Below, piece by piece: positions 45,602 to 59,441 of a DNA stretch of 64,000 nucleotides. The stretch lies in the NCBI GenBank assembly GCA_043228905.1, contig JBHGNT010000003.1, positions 4,092,001-4,156,000 on the forward strand, given 5' to 3'. A model generated the notes under the pieces. The model worked only from the letters and a program-made list of their open reading frames with translations. It ran no database searches and was not told the DNA's origin. Each line of letters opens with the position of its first letter. The stretch's first letter is position 1. The position numbers and the translations under genes are program-made. The stretch is from Azolla caroliniana (taxonomy: Eukaryota; Plantae; Polypodiophyta).

Positions 45602-46715
45602 GTGTGTCCGTGCAAACATGATGTCAATAAAGCACAACATAGCCCCCAAATCCAACAAAGCTTTTGTCTTCAGTGTGTTGGAGCCAAACTGAAGAGTGAC
45701 CGGAACTGTGAAGCTTGTTGTCGAAGAAGTCAGTTGATTGGGCCCTTGACACAATTGTCGACCCTTGTGGTTCAAACGCACAGCCCCTACTAGAACTGGA
45801 CATTGGAGTTTTCTTGTTGGCAGAAAATGTTAACCCCATCCACACGATGTGGTGTTTGATGGGGTCCCCTTTTTGGGCAAGAACAGATCAAATGGCCAGG
45901 GCAGCCACAATAGAGACAATTGTTAGCCCGTTGATGTTGTCGTTGCACGTTAGTCAATGGTTGATTGCGAATTCGATTGATCTCCATTGGGGAGCTAGAA
46001 TCTATGGTGGGAGTTGACGATGAAGATGAAGCGGCTAGCCAAGGTGGATGGATCCGAGGAGGACATACCTCTCGCCGAAACTCAAATAGACGGTTATCGC
46101 AGCGCACAGCTTGGGAAATAGCCTCATTCAAAGATGTGGGCTCAGGAAAGTTAAGCAAAAGATTTTTTATCTCACCTTGTAATCCTCGACGGAATTGATC
46201 GAGGAGGGCTTGTTCGTCCCATTCCACATCACACGCGAGCTGACGAAATTCAGATGCATAGATTGATGTCGCACATTCTCCTTGTTGTAACGCATATAGT
46301 TTGTTGAGCACGGCTCGTCGTTTGTTAGTCTCCCTGAAAGTTGCCTCAAATTCGGTAAGAAATGCTTGGAAGTCATTCAAGAGAGGTGAAGAAGTCTCTA
46401 CTAGAGGGGCAAACCAGGCTTGCTTGCACTTGTCCAGTCAACAACGTGCCAATCAACCCAACTTGTCCAAAGTCATAAGAATATCGTCGGGGCTGAAGGC
46501 GAATAATAAGGCCGATTTGGTTGATGAAGCCTCTTAATCGTGACCTTGTTCCATCGAATTTTTCAGGCAAGCTAACATTAGGTTCTACAGCAGAAGGGTT
46601 AATAATCGGGTGAGGTATAACCGTCGTTGCTGCCTGAAGTTCTTGAACAGAGTTTCGTAAGCTAAGGTTTGAATTCGACTCGATGTTCATGACACCCACA
46701 TAGCAAGATATAATT

Positions 46716-49070
46716 TAGCCTAATGGGAAGGACCTTTTTACTTCACAATGCAACTTGCATAACCATGCAACTTGAGTACTCCCATCACCTTCATCATAGA
46801 TGGTACACATGAGATTGAACTTCTTAGCTATGTTTTGGTCTATCAAACCTCCATTTTCTCTTAATATAGATGCCAAGCACTTTTGCCACTCTTTGGAAGC
46901 ACACTCTAGTTTACTTAGAAATATATCCTTTTTTTAGTCAAAATGACTTTGTATCATATGGTATTGTTTTGCTAGTTTAAGGTGGGGTGTCCAATTAGGA
47001 ATCAAGGAGCTTGCAAGCGGTACCATAGAGGAATAACCGAGTCTAGCAACTATAGTCAAAATTTGAAATAAACCATTGATATATGGAAGAGCTTTGCCAA
47101 GATACTCTAAATAAGACTTTGACAAAGAGGTGAGGGTAATACAAGGCTGGTTTCCCACTGGGTGTGGCAATTTTTTATCCTCACTGTATAACTGGATTCT
47201 CATAATTTCACCTCTGAAAACTCCAGAGACCCCTATCCAAACTTCCTCGAAAGTTGACTTGGGAAATTTAGATGTAAGAAGGGCAAAACAAGGTAGTTGT
47301 TTCTCAGCCTCATTCTCTATTGCCATTTTCAATAGTTTACTTATAGATTTCTCAACCTTGCTCATAACATCTTTCCTCATACATTGAAGTTCTTTATGTA
47401 TTTCATCAAGCCTATTGGCCATTTGATCCATCTTATCATTTAGTTTTAGGACCTCTATGTGAGTGGCATCCACCTTGCGATGTAATCTTAAAATTGACCG
47501 TACCATAGAATTAGTAGATTGTACCTCTATTGCCTCTTCTGACCTTAATTGTTCTTCTTGGTCTAGGCCATTATCCAGGCCATTTTCCGAGCTAGTCATA
47601 ATCACATTTTGATAACTTTGATATTTTTCCAAATTCATTGAGTTTATTATCAATCTCCAACAATGCACCTCTCACCTTCACATCAAACCATTTCTTATAT
47701 GCTTCGAGGACCTCTCCAGAATACTCTAACCCGAGGATATCAATTAAGTCATTTGATAAAGGATGGGAGCATATGCCTAGTCTGTTTCCAATCATAAGAT
47801 TCTTGCTCGCCTCACTTTAGGTTTCTTTTAAGTTGTTTCTTCAAATAAGTTATTTCCATGCATTGATCTTCTCTATCTTGTGCCTTTGATGGATAGTGTA
47901 AGCAATCGGGCCGGATGACACTCTCAATCAACTTAACCCCTTGCACCCTAGTGTGTTGTGCGCATATTTTGATCAAGGTGTTGATGATACACTTTTCAAC
48001 AAAAGCTAAGATATGCACGCTCATGTCTTTTTTCGTATCAATATTTTGATCAGTTTGAATTAGCACATCTATGACGTGGTTTGATTTTGCTTGGTAGAAG
48101 ACGATGATGATCTTGCTCTTTGGAAGATATATGGTTATGAAATATTTGCCGAGTGTGATGTCACCATTAACATCCTTAGATTGGAAAGCATTGCTAAATA
48201 ATGCTTGAATTCTCAGAAATAACCCTGGTGTATGAAAGGTGAGGTCTTTGTTATGACACTCTAAACTTCTGCCCATATATACAAAACTGTCATTGTCATC
48301 CATTCGAGTCCATTGGAGTTGTTTGACACCCACATCTGGCAATATGGCTGGGATAAAGATGAGATCTCCATATCTTTTGTGGATTTTGCAGCATGGCTTC
48401 CATTAAGTCTACTAGTAAGGAGCCCTTCACATTAGATTTGGCAATGGATTAAAACACCTGCTCTAGAAAATGTTGCAGTATGCATCCTTTGTCAAATCCA
48501 ATGATACCCTTGGATGCTCCAGATCTTGGAAAACCAATGAGGCTTCCTATAATCTGATTGCAAAACCAAATTGGAGCGATTGCATTTAATTTAGCTTTGT
48601 CATGATTATTGCAGATTTTGCTGAAATCCTCCCATGAAATGATTCGTTCATTTGTGGTCTTCGAATAATTCAAGAGATTTTTGATTACCTGCGTGCAGAT
48701 GTCATAGAGCTCAATGCCTTGGAGAACATCTTTGGCAATGTTGAAAACACGTTCTGCTACAGGTTTGACAGAATCCTTGTTTCTAGCATCCACATCAAAT
48801 TGAGGGTCGACAATGTGAATGACCTTTTTGAATTTTGATCGAAGTGACTTGATGGAATCTGAGACAGAGCTTGATACGAAATCCATTTGGTCTGCTCGTG
48901 TGAATACAAGGATCACTTTGAGAGGAATGATGGATTGACGGCTTTTGGAGGCGAGGAATCTGAGCTAGTACCTGAAGCTTGTTTCGAAGTCAGACTCTTT
49001 TTTCTCTGCTCCTCTTTTGTTACTTTGGCTATCCATGGGGCTCCAAACGAACATGAACATGGATGGGAAG
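46716..49070 (-). pseudogene. TORNADO1-like ROC-COR gene, copy 2: 5'-truncated and frameshifted, but retaining the C-terminus
   Basis: Highly similar to copy 1 from FPSMFMFVWSP onward. It continues through a coiled-coil region, RIQLYSED..PHPV.NQP and QVAWLCKLH. Confidence 0.85.
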
Positions 49071-49364
49071 TGATAAGAGTTGATCATTGTCATTCTGCAA
49101 TGGGGTGGTATCGACTAGGAAGAGGTTCTCGATTTCTCGACCGCTTCTCTGATCTCATCGGGTTTCTACTCCATGGAAAGGCAGGAAGGAAGGAAGGAAA
49201 GAGTGAATGCGTGGAAGAGGGAATGAATGAAAGAAAGGAATGGAATGTGAAGGAAAAAACTTATGAATGATAACTGGAAATAATAAATGAAAATGTTAGT
49301 TTTAACCAAAGTTTACATCTAACATAATCGTCAATCAAATTAAGTTTAGCAATAAACAATAACA

Positions 49365-49775
49365 ATGATTAACACATTACCAAAATCAAACACATTCTCT
49401 CTCTCTCCATTAGGCAAATACATTCTAGAGCTAAAACAACACAGAGAGAATAAATTACAAAATGTTGACAATAATGTTGCTAATGATCACGAACATGTAA
49501 CAAATGCAGTTTTTCAGGAACCTGAGGAGACAACGAATGCCGACACACTTGCACCACTCGGCCTTTCCATTGATGAGGCAGAAAACCAGAGAAGAACCAG
49601 ACGTCCTCGGGTGCCGGGTTTCAAAGCAACTCAACGTGATGTGGAAGCAATATTGAAAATAAGGGAACGTGAGCTACACCGCCTAGAAGCCATGGCTAGG
49701 GCACTCTCTACATTGGATCCCACATCAAGACCCTTTGACCCCCAACTTCTTTTCGAGAGGCTTGGGTGGAAATAA
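49365..49775 (+). CDS. Hypothetical 136-aa ORF or exon of unknown origin
   Basis: Open frame with a coding-like 3' half following a TTTTTCAG acceptor-like site at ~49517. No recognised motif. Confidence 0.25.
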   Translation: MINTLPKSNTFSLSPLGKYILELKQHRENKLQNVDNNVANDHEHVTNAVFQEPEETTNADTLAPLGLSIDEAENQRRTRRPRVPGFKATQRDVEAILKIRERELHRLEAMARALSTLDPTSRPFDPQLLFERLGWK

Positions 49776-49962
49776 AATTAGGCTTAGTGTATAGTCACTT
49801 TCGAGTATACTACATATTGTACACTGCTAGAACTCTTTTAGTTTAAGTTCTATTTTTTTTTTTTTACTTAATTTTATTTTAGTTATGATGACTGGATAAA
49901 TACTCTATTGTTGTAAACCAATTGTCTCATGGGCCAAATTTGGCCTTAGAAGACGTTAATAC

Positions 49963-49994
<32 letters not shown>

Positions 49995-51339
49995 CTCTCC
50001 TCATTTTGGGTCCCCACTTGGTTATTAAAAACAAAGTTTTCTCATACACTCGGTCCACCTATGATTTTTCGTTGACGGAGAGCAGTTCAAGATTTACTGT
50101 TTCATCTCTTTGTTGGCGTGTATAATAAAAAACGCACGTCAAACTATAACGTAAATGTCAAACAAACAAAACAATTTCACTATGAATGAATGAGACAAGA
50201 AGGACTTGATTGCCTTTACGTGGCCATTTTTTGTGGCTTTTGGAATCTTCCGCTTCTCTCAGACTGTGTATTTACACTTACCATAAAGTCTAAAGACTTG
50301 GGCATGTCTTTCGACTTCTTTTTTTCCAAAATATTTATACATACTTCCATTAGTTATGTCAATGTACATAGAATAATATACACCAACTCATAACTTACAA
50401 GCCAACTTGCATGTTTTTCGACTTTTACAATGCAATGCAGCGTTTCTGTTTCCATTCCATGACTTTTGATTAGCCTCTTAATGAGATATGGATTGTGAGC
50501 CATCTTTGAACATGATGGTGTATGTAAGTTAGTAGAGGATAGAAATGTAAAAACAAAAAAGGGCTTGTTTATATTTGTGAAATAAAGCCCAATATTCAAG
50601 AATTTAGTTTTGTAATTACGGTAATTCTAGAGATGCATATTAGTTAAGAAGGATTAACGGTCATTTCTCATGTGATTTTGAAACACACCATTTCTCCAAG
50701 TAATAATACAAAAATGTCATCCAATTTTTGGTTGGTGCGCTCAATTGATTTAGAGCAAGTTTGGCGTGGAATAATTTACTAATAACAAAGGCAATTGAGC
50801 TTTAGGGCTTGAGATCAAGAAAGTGATTAAGGGGGGGAGGGGGGATATATATATATATATATTCATATGCAAATGATCAAGATAAAATAGTCTACTCCCA
50901 AAATCCATCCTTCTTGAGCATTCTTTTCAAATGAATTTGGGTCATATTATATATTGTGCTACTATGGCCTTGATATTAGGGTTTAGATCATTAGACATTA
51001 TCATGTTTGATGAGATCAATTCAAGCGAGCATGTGTCATAGAAGCGAGTTAGATGCCATAAGCAAGTAATTTTACCATTGTAGTTAGGCAAAAAATTACA
51101 AGAGAATCTTAACATGGAGCACTATTGCACAAAAATGTCAATGATGACGAATCATATGATACCTATCATTCATAATAATATGTAGTTTCGAGTGTTGTGT
51201 TTCAAGATGTCGCGTACATTTCATACCTTAATTTTAAAGGATAGGTAATATCACTCCCATGTACTCATACAACTCCCTAAAGTCTAATTGAATTCCAAAA
51301 CTCTAATTTTATGAATAGTTTTGTTTATTGCAATGCAAA

Positions 51340-52035
51340 CATTGAGTTCACAGGGTACAAAGAACAAGTGTGTGATGATGTGACTCGCAAACGGGCAGTG
51401 ACCACGTCTTTGGAGTGGCCACAAACCTTGTCGAACTACCCTCGTCGGCAGTTGATAATCAAACCATATATCCGTGATCAATTCCTTCGAGGGGCATACC
51501 AGATATTGGAACACCTTTAGGCAACGTGCTTTCCATACATACCACTGGGTGAAGCCTGCGATCAACATCCAAATCTCTCGGAACCAAGGGGATGCGGACT
51601 TCAAGCCTCTCTCAACGAGTCTTGACAAGTTTAACTCTTTTGCATTCATAGCACTAGTTTTCTGCATTGAAGGTGCCCGTCCGGCTATCAACTAAGAGAT
51701 TGATCCAAGCCGTTGCGTTCCACGATGTTGTTCCTTCCACTTCGCAGGCAGTTAGGAGACGAGTCACTATGCCCCATACCCTTTGAGCTTGAGAGCAATC
51801 CCACAAACAGTGTCTCAAAGTCTCAATAGGTGAAGAACAAACTGGACAAGCTATCGAGCCGCCATGTTTACAGAGCCATTCGCCAACAAGGACCACATTA
51901 TGGTGACTTGATCTGCCACCAAAATAGCTTGATCTTCTCAGGCACGTGGACACACCATAGACAATTCCAAAAGGCACTAAACACCTCATCATGGATGCCC
52001 AATGTTTGCCAGCCATTGCATAGGGAACCGTCCAA
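51340..52035 (-). mobile_element. L1-type LINE 3' fragment (zf-RVT region)
   Basis: CPVCSSPIETLRHCLWDC..AQRVW and W..WKARC..VF, typical of the plant L1 ORF2 C-terminus. Confidence 0.8.
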
Positions 52036-52117
52036 CTGCGGTTGTATAGCCTTACCCAATTTAGTGTTGTAATCGAAGAACTGACGCAGTCTGTCGTCAT
52101 GTTTAATACATATTATT

Positions 52118-52578
52118 AAACAATCGGCAACAGTTCAATTTGAACCGAACCGAACCGTGAAACCGTGGCTTAATGGCTTAACGGTTTCATCGCTTCGGTT
52201 TCAATAGTCAGAAACCACGGTTTTAACGGTTTAATGGTTTTTTATTTTTTATTTTTTATTTTAAAAGTCAAAAACTTTTAAAAAACTTTTAAAATTTGTT
52301 TTTAAACAATCTTTTCATTTTTAGACCTTATTCTCACATTTTAGGAACATCTTTAAAATTTTAAAAATTTTAAATAATGAAATATTGTAAATTTTAAAAA
52401 TTAAAGTTTGACCTAAGTTGAAAACCAAAACCAAACCACGATTTAATGGTTTAACGTTTTAAAAAATGTTTAACGGTTCGGTTTACCAGTTTCGTGGTTC
52501 GATTCGATCAGGTTCCAAAAAAAATTAACGGTTCGGTTTGGACCCTCTCAAATCGAACCAAACCGTTGCCAATTGTTA
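52118..52578. mobile_element. MITE with AACCG/CGGTT subterminal repeats (hAT-like), older copy
   Basis: TIRs AACAATCGGCAAC...GTTGCCAATTGTT and an internal sequence homologous to 53083-53612. No clean TSD. Confidence 0.8.
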
Positions 52579-53082
52579 ATCTCAATACACAATCAATTTT
52601 ATCTTCTTTTTTATCACGAAAGCCTTCTACTAGTGGCTACATCATCTTTGATCTTGAAGACAAAGAAAGTCACAACTAAGTTCCCTCAATAAGATCGATG
52701 ACATCACAAAATAATATCTATGTTCAATAAACTTATGATAGACATAATTAGTGCTACTATTGTTAAATGAGTTTTTTCCAACAAAACTACACAATTTCTT
52801 TTTCCTTAAAAAATGCTAAAAATAACCCCTCTTTTATTAACACTTTAAATGTCAAAATTTTCCACATTGCCCAATTTTCAAAATATTTGGGCAATGTCCA
52901 AAATTCAACATACGTATATTTCCACAACAATTTCAACATGCGTATTAGTGGAAATTCTTGAATTAATTCTCAATTTGTTTTATATAATGTCAAGGTTTTT
53001 GGCATTATTGTCGTATGTAGTAATGCTAGATATTCAAGCAGTTATAACGAGTTAGAAATTATCTACATAACTTATCTATAAG

Positions 53083-53612
53083 TAACAATCGGCAACGGTT
53101 CGGTTTGAACCGAACCGAATCACGAAACCGTGGTTTAACAGCTTAATGGTAAAAACAGTTTGGTTCGGTTTGGATCAAGTTTAGATTTTTTTAAACAGTT
53201 CGGTTCGGTTTCGGTTTGGTTTCAACAGTCAAAAACCGCGGTTTAAACAGTTTAACGGTTTTTATTTTTTATTTTTTTAAATTTTTATTAAAAAAAATTA
53301 AATTAAATTTTAAACAATCTTTTCATTTTTACACCTTATTCTCACATTTTAGGAACATCTAAAAAATTCTAAAAATTCTAAATAATGAAATATTATAAAT
53401 TTTAAAAAATAAAAAATTTGACCTATGTCGAAAACCAAAACCGAACCACGAAACCGCGGTTTTTACGGTTTAATGGTTTAACGGTTTGAAAAATGTTTTA
53501 ACGGTTCAGTTTAACGGTTTTGCGGTTCGGTTCGGTTAGGTTCAGGTTTCAAACATTTTAAACGGTTCAGTTTGGACCCTCTCGAACCGAACCGAACCGT
53601 TGCCGATTGTTA
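53083..53612. mobile_element. hAT-like MITE
   Basis: TIRs TAACAATCGGCAACGGTTCGGTT / AACCGAACCGTTGCCGATTGTTA, with a perfect 8-bp TSD TCTATAAG at 53075-53082 and 53613-53620. Confidence 0.92.
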
Positions 53613-55249
53613 TCTATAAGATGCAACCCATGCTACAATGTAAACACATACCAATTGTTAACAAATATAATGAAAATGATTATATCCAAACTCAATAATT
53701 CAAAAGATTGACACATGACAAAGAACATTAGGGATATTTGCACTAAAGAAAGACTTTGTTATAAAATGCAACAACAAACAAAGCTTTTACTAAAGAGGAA
53801 TAGCATGATAAAAACCTTGACACCGCAATAAATGTTGACATTCTAGAACTGCCAAAAAAATTGGCACCAAGGAAATGTTGAAAGTTTTGGTGATGAAATA
53901 TCAATACTAGAATTCCTTAAGCACTTGAGAAATTCTCATTTGGTAAATGTACATTTGTGCAACAAGAAAATTGTGAGTTCAATTGGCAAAACTATATATT
54001 GTGCAACTAGAAAGTTGTAAATTCAAACTTTGTTGCACATAAGTAATAGTATGGTCGTCAAACAATCCAACAATAATGGGGAAGAATGGAATTTTTATAA
54101 TGTTCACTTTTTTATTATACTAGTGCTTCCTTTTTGTAATGAAGCATTAGTTGTGAAATTTTGATAAGCAAAGAATATTGTTTATTCTAAGTTTTCAAGG
54201 AAATAGTAGATACATGTGACCAAGACCGTTGTTGCGAAGTGTGTTACATGTGCGTTGACAAGTGTCGGGTCTCTATTCGTAAATGGAGATAGAAGGCCAA
54301 AAAGACGATATTAGAAGGATAATGCTAATGGTGTACACACACATGAATGAGCCCAAACCATACTTTCACTTTATTTTTAAAATTGATTATAATTAGTGAG
54401 GTTCTTTTCTTTCTCACTTCCTTAATCCCATTTATCTCTCCCTAGTCTAAGCTTCACAAAATGCCTTGCAAAAGACCCTTACAAACAAGTCTTCAAAATT
54501 TGCATTTCACTACGAGAGGTCCATAAACATAAAAAGAATGTTTCAGGGAAGAATGTGTTTGTTATGGATGTGGTTTCACATCATGTGTCATTGGCAATAT
54601 GACACAATATTGCACCTTGAGATTGTTTTGAAGAGGATATTATATGTGGATGTAGGAAATGTTAGAATCCTTATGGAAACAAGTGGATCATCATCAATCA
54701 TATAAGAAATGCAACAAAAGAATGTTGGGAAAGATCATATATCTTAAAGGTAATGAAATGATACATATAATCTGAATTCTTGATTAGTATTTATTGAACA
54801 CTCCACTTTGCCAATTCTTTTCTCATTGAGATCATTCAAGGGATTTAAACTAACATATATGACATTGTCAATGACATGGGAGCGAATGGGTGTCAACCAT
54901 TCCTAGCCATCTATTGCAATATGATGAAATCCCTATTAACTAATCTAACTCTTAATTAAGGAAATAACTTTGCACTCATTAAATAATTCAAATAACGAAA
55001 TCACAATGCCGATCAATAATAACTACACAAAATAGGATTCGACCCTAAATATTTAAAAAGAAAGCTTAGGTGGTGAAGTGCATGATTACACCTTGGGTAG
55101 AAACAAATGTGGACAGGGATTGCTAATGAAAGGGATGTACCCTAAGTTGGGAACGTTGTCGCGAAGTTAAGCATATGTGTGTGAAAATGGAGCACATCCA
55201 CAGGGGATTGGAATTAGAGAGAATGGAATGACGAGTCTTCGTGGGTACA

Positions 55250-55470
55250 ATAATGTTGGAGGATGTCAAAGTTTCTCAAAGAATTAGATTTATTAACCAG
55301 AACTCTAGTGCGAATGCAAAGGTTTTCTCCACTACAATATGAGAATATGTAAGAATATCAATGTTTCTCAAAGTTTCTCAAAGAATTAGATTTATTAATC
55401 AGAACTCCAGTGCGAATGTAAGGTTTTCTACACTACAATATGAGAATATGTAAGAATATCAGTGTTTGAG
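55250..55470. repeat. ~102-bp direct duplication
   Basis: CAAAGTTTCTCAAAGAATTAGATTTATTAA..AGTGCGAATG..CACTACAATATGAGAATATGTAAGAATATCA occurs twice, at ~55267 and ~55369. Confidence 0.8.
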
Positions 55471-55859
55471 GATCTATATAAATGTTTATCTAAAAATGCT
55501 TGTTGAAATGAAGGATGTATATAAATATATATCTACATACATATGCTCATACACACTCAAATACAAACACACGTACTCACATATTTACAAACATGTACGT
55601 ATATATTAAAGTATAAACACATACAAACAAATCGATGTAAAACCATTAATATGCACACTTTGTGCACTCACGTGCACGAAGGGTCCCGTCCATGCAGGCA
55701 TACAAACATAATGATTAACTTAACTCCCCAAATGAAACTGAGTGTGAAAATATACAACTACAAACACTCTAACACCAACGACTCAACCAATCCCATCCTC
55801 TTTGGTTCAGGTCCCCGGAGGTCCTACTCACGTTTCACCTACATGCACGTAATTTTGTG

Positions 55860-57860
55860 ACAATGTCATTGAGCTTTTGGATTGTGTTGTGGCTACCTAG
55901 GTTTGTTCCATAAAAGTCACTAGACATTGCATTAGTTAAATGATGGTCTTGGAGACAATGGTGAGGACATTGATGTTGGGGTAGGGTCAGATCACTTGGA
56001 TAGTAGTTAGTGGATGTTGGTTTCTCATAGAGACTACCTATGCATTTGCATTACATTGCTCATAAGTTACATTTGGGGGCTCTTGATGAATGGATCAATG
56101 ACCATAGATATTGTTAAGCAAATGTATCAATAGAGCTTTTGGTAGACTTGACCAAATTCTCGAAACACACTACCTTAGACCATTGCACATTCCAAGATAG
56201 GATCCCCCAAAATAATGTGTTCTATGTTTTGGATTATCTCAATCATATTAAGGTCTTCTCAAAACTCTTTGAAAATGGTGGAATAGTTGGCTATTGCAAA
56301 GATCCTTGAGGTTGTATTTGCAAAAATACTAGTCATGGAAGCTATTCATGGACTACATCAAATGTTGGACCCATGTGGCCATTGTTCCTATGGTCTTTGA
56401 TTTCCCTTTCCAATCCTTATTCGACCCTCATCCTTGATTTCAACGAGCCTTGTCATTGATTTTCTATCACTAAATGGGCTCGATTCCATGTTGATTGTCA
56501 TGAACCCATAAATGAAGATAAATTACTACAATTGCCCTAAATCAATATCATGGCAAGAAACAATGGATTTAGTGCTTATGAATGAGGTCCAACTTCACAA
56601 GCATCTAGATAGGTTTGTTTCTAATTCGTTGGCCATAATTATGTTTTGGCATTTCAAAACCTTAACCAAGATTCTATCGTCTAATAGATGACTAAATAAC
56701 TCAAATTCTTGAACATCCCCATGTGATGTGCTATCATGAAAAGGAATGTGTTAGAAACATATAACTTGTTGAATTCAATTACAATAACATTGTGAGCTCC
56801 TAGGTTGGGTCTACTCCATTTCAAGAACTTTAGCTTCAATTTCTCACCCATTGGTTTTCCGTATACATTTACATACTATGGCAAAGACTTATATAAGAAG
56901 ATTACTACAAACCTTCAGAAAAGATATATGTTGGCGCTCTTCAATCAATAGGGTTGAATTAGCACATTTGAAGAAATGGGCCACAAAACTTCTCTAGTAG
57001 TATTGGCAACAGAATGATCTTGTGGGATATGTATTTATATTTATCATAATGGTATTCTTAACATTCATAGCATGTTTTGATTGTGAGCTCCAACATTTTA
57101 CCACTGTTACTTTTATCGAAGACTAAAATACATGTTGAATGACATGCTCAATGAGAATAAAAACTTGGAAATCATCTCAACCTAAAAGGCAAAAGGCATC
57201 TATTGTTCAAATTCTCTTGAAATTGAGCCAATGAACTCCTCTTGAGAATTAAAAAACACATTCTAACATGTCCATATGATTGTTTAAGCATTGTACTTAC
57301 ATCAACCTTAGTAGTATCATGATTCACAATACATTCCCCTGCGAATGAAATTTTCTCATAGGCCAATGTATCAAACCTTGGGATAGCTATGGAGGAAGTT
57401 TTAGTTTTATTTCAAATATAATATCATAAATATTGCACCAAACTATAGAACCATCTTCTTCTCTAACCGGAACATACATATAATAGCCTATCCCTTTGTC
57501 CACCATCCACACCATTGCTTCCATAGTGACAGAACTTACTTGACATTCTCTTCAATGTGAGACCTTGCAAGAGGAGACCAATGCATAATCCTCTTCAATT
57601 GGTGAGTGAAGTATCATAGTTTACTACAATCCTCCACCTTTGATTAGACTCAACTTTGGTTTTCCTACATTGCCAATCGAAACCTACACTAAAATCCAAT
57701 CTCAATTATGATATACAAGAGTCTACAATCGGAAATTTAATAAGCTCCCAAACAACATCTGCCCAATCTTTCCACTTTGCTCCTCAAACAAGTAACCATT
57801 CCAATTTCCAGGGGTACATGCACGTGGTAGCACAAAAACACAAGAGACAATGAAACATCT
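55860..57860. mobile_element. Highly eroded retrotransposon remnants
   Basis: Scattered stop-riddled patches resemble gypsy integrase on + (~56400-56900) and possibly copia-like coding DNA on - (~57000-57650). Confidence 0.35.
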
Positions 57861-57986
57861 ATGTAAGAAGAGCACAATATGAATAGCCAACAAACGTGAA
57901 CCAAGGCTCAGACATGTCCGAGGTAACTATGATCCCTTGAACCCAAAAATGGTAAGTGTATACCCAAACAACCACTCCGTAAAGGA

Positions 57987-57988
<2 letters not shown>

Positions 57989-58049
<61 letters not shown>

Positions 58050-58206
58050 GTGACAATAGAAAATGAGCATAAAGCTTCTAAACATTATGCTTTCTACTAA
58101 AGTTCCCACTAAAGCTTGTAAACACTATACTTCCAACCAAAGTGTCCACTGACCCTCCGTTAGAGTTAGTTGGTGGTGGCTCCCCATATTCTTTGCTTTG
58201 CAAATG

Positions 58207-58254
<48 letters not shown>

Positions 58255-58770
58255 GCTTTGCTTTGATTGTAGACATTGTTTTCCCTTCCTTCATAGGGGT
58301 TTGTGTGTGTCTATGTTGAAATATAGAATGGTTTCTTCTTCCTCTTTTTTGGCTGGCACTCATAAAGGGCTACGCTCCCATACATCCTCTCTCTCTGTCT
58401 CTCTCTCTCTCTTCTTTTGCCTCTTTCTTTTTCCTTGTGCTCTAGTCGGCAAATTAAGACAATACATGCTCACACATCCATCCATCGATATACATTTATG
58501 CATACATACACATACACCATGCATACAATACATACATGCATTCCTAAGGCCAACTCCATGTGGGCGAGCACAAGCAAGGCCGACCCATACATACATGCAT
58601 GGCTACACATCCTAGACCCACACATACATACATACAAATACAAGCATGCAAATGTACATACATACATACACACACACACATATAGACAGACATGCATACA
58701 TAACAACATACATGCATACATACACACGCACAAACATGCATGCATACATACATACATACATACATAGGCT
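57989..58770. repeat. Microsatellite cluster: (CT)n, (AT)n, (CATA)n/(CA)n
   Basis: (CT)n(AT)n at 57989-58049, (CT)n at 58211-58249, and a CATA/CACA-rich tract at 58490-58770. Confidence 0.95.
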
Positions 58771-59441
58771 AACTCTCACCAAAAAAGTGGACTGCACACA
58801 CACTCTCTGTGTCTCTCTCCCTAACCTCCACCCCACTCCCTTTTGTTCAAGATCCCCCCTTCGCTCAGCTCTTTAATACTCCATCTCCTCCCTGCCCAAC
58901 CATACATTATACATATATATATTTACATCTGGATACCACTGTTTTGAAACTCCAATCTTTGCAACTTGATTGTATGCATCGAAAAATCAAACCCCTTGTA
59001 TTGCTTTTTGATCTGTTGTGTATAGACAGGCTCCTCAAAACCTCCTCTTGACTCAACCCCCTTGTAATTGCCCACCAATTTGAAGCACTGTCAGTCTGCA
59101 AAGATCAGTTCCCAAATGTCTTTATCTGTCCATAGCAATGCATTCAATTCACATTGATTCGACACTACCCAAATGTTTCTAGTCATAAATCGGAAATTTT
59201 GCACGACTAACCAAATCCAGGTTAGCTAGATTGCGAATCTCATTTTGAACAGTGTGTAGAAGAGCTCTAATAAGCTCGACAAGCAGCAAGCTATGCATTG
59301 AATGTGGGTTTGGTATGTGACAGGAGAGGATTGAAGACAACTGCTGCCAGCCATTGACGATGATGACGATTATCACAATGCCCAGCACATGGGATCTTTC
59401 ATATAATTGTCAAATCTGAGCATTGTCCTGGTTTTGTGGCA

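Larger units (their letters stand above)
36687..46694 (-). mobile_element. Second Ty3/gypsy chromovirus, degenerate, 5' LTR almost fully deleted, with a copia inserted in its protease
   Basis: Both ends start TGTCATGAACATCGAGTCGAATTCAA on the minus strand (46694 and 37049). 3' LTR is 36687-37049 with PPT GGGGAGGATAA. Flanks GCCAC/CCCAC form an imperfect TSD. Gag 46650-45790; PR, RT, INT and chromodomain fragments. Confidence 0.9.

Noticed and set aside
57859-58876. Cluster of overlapping ORFs (RERERE, MYVCMYVC, HTYIHT)
   Set aside because: They are microsatellite translations with no coding signature.
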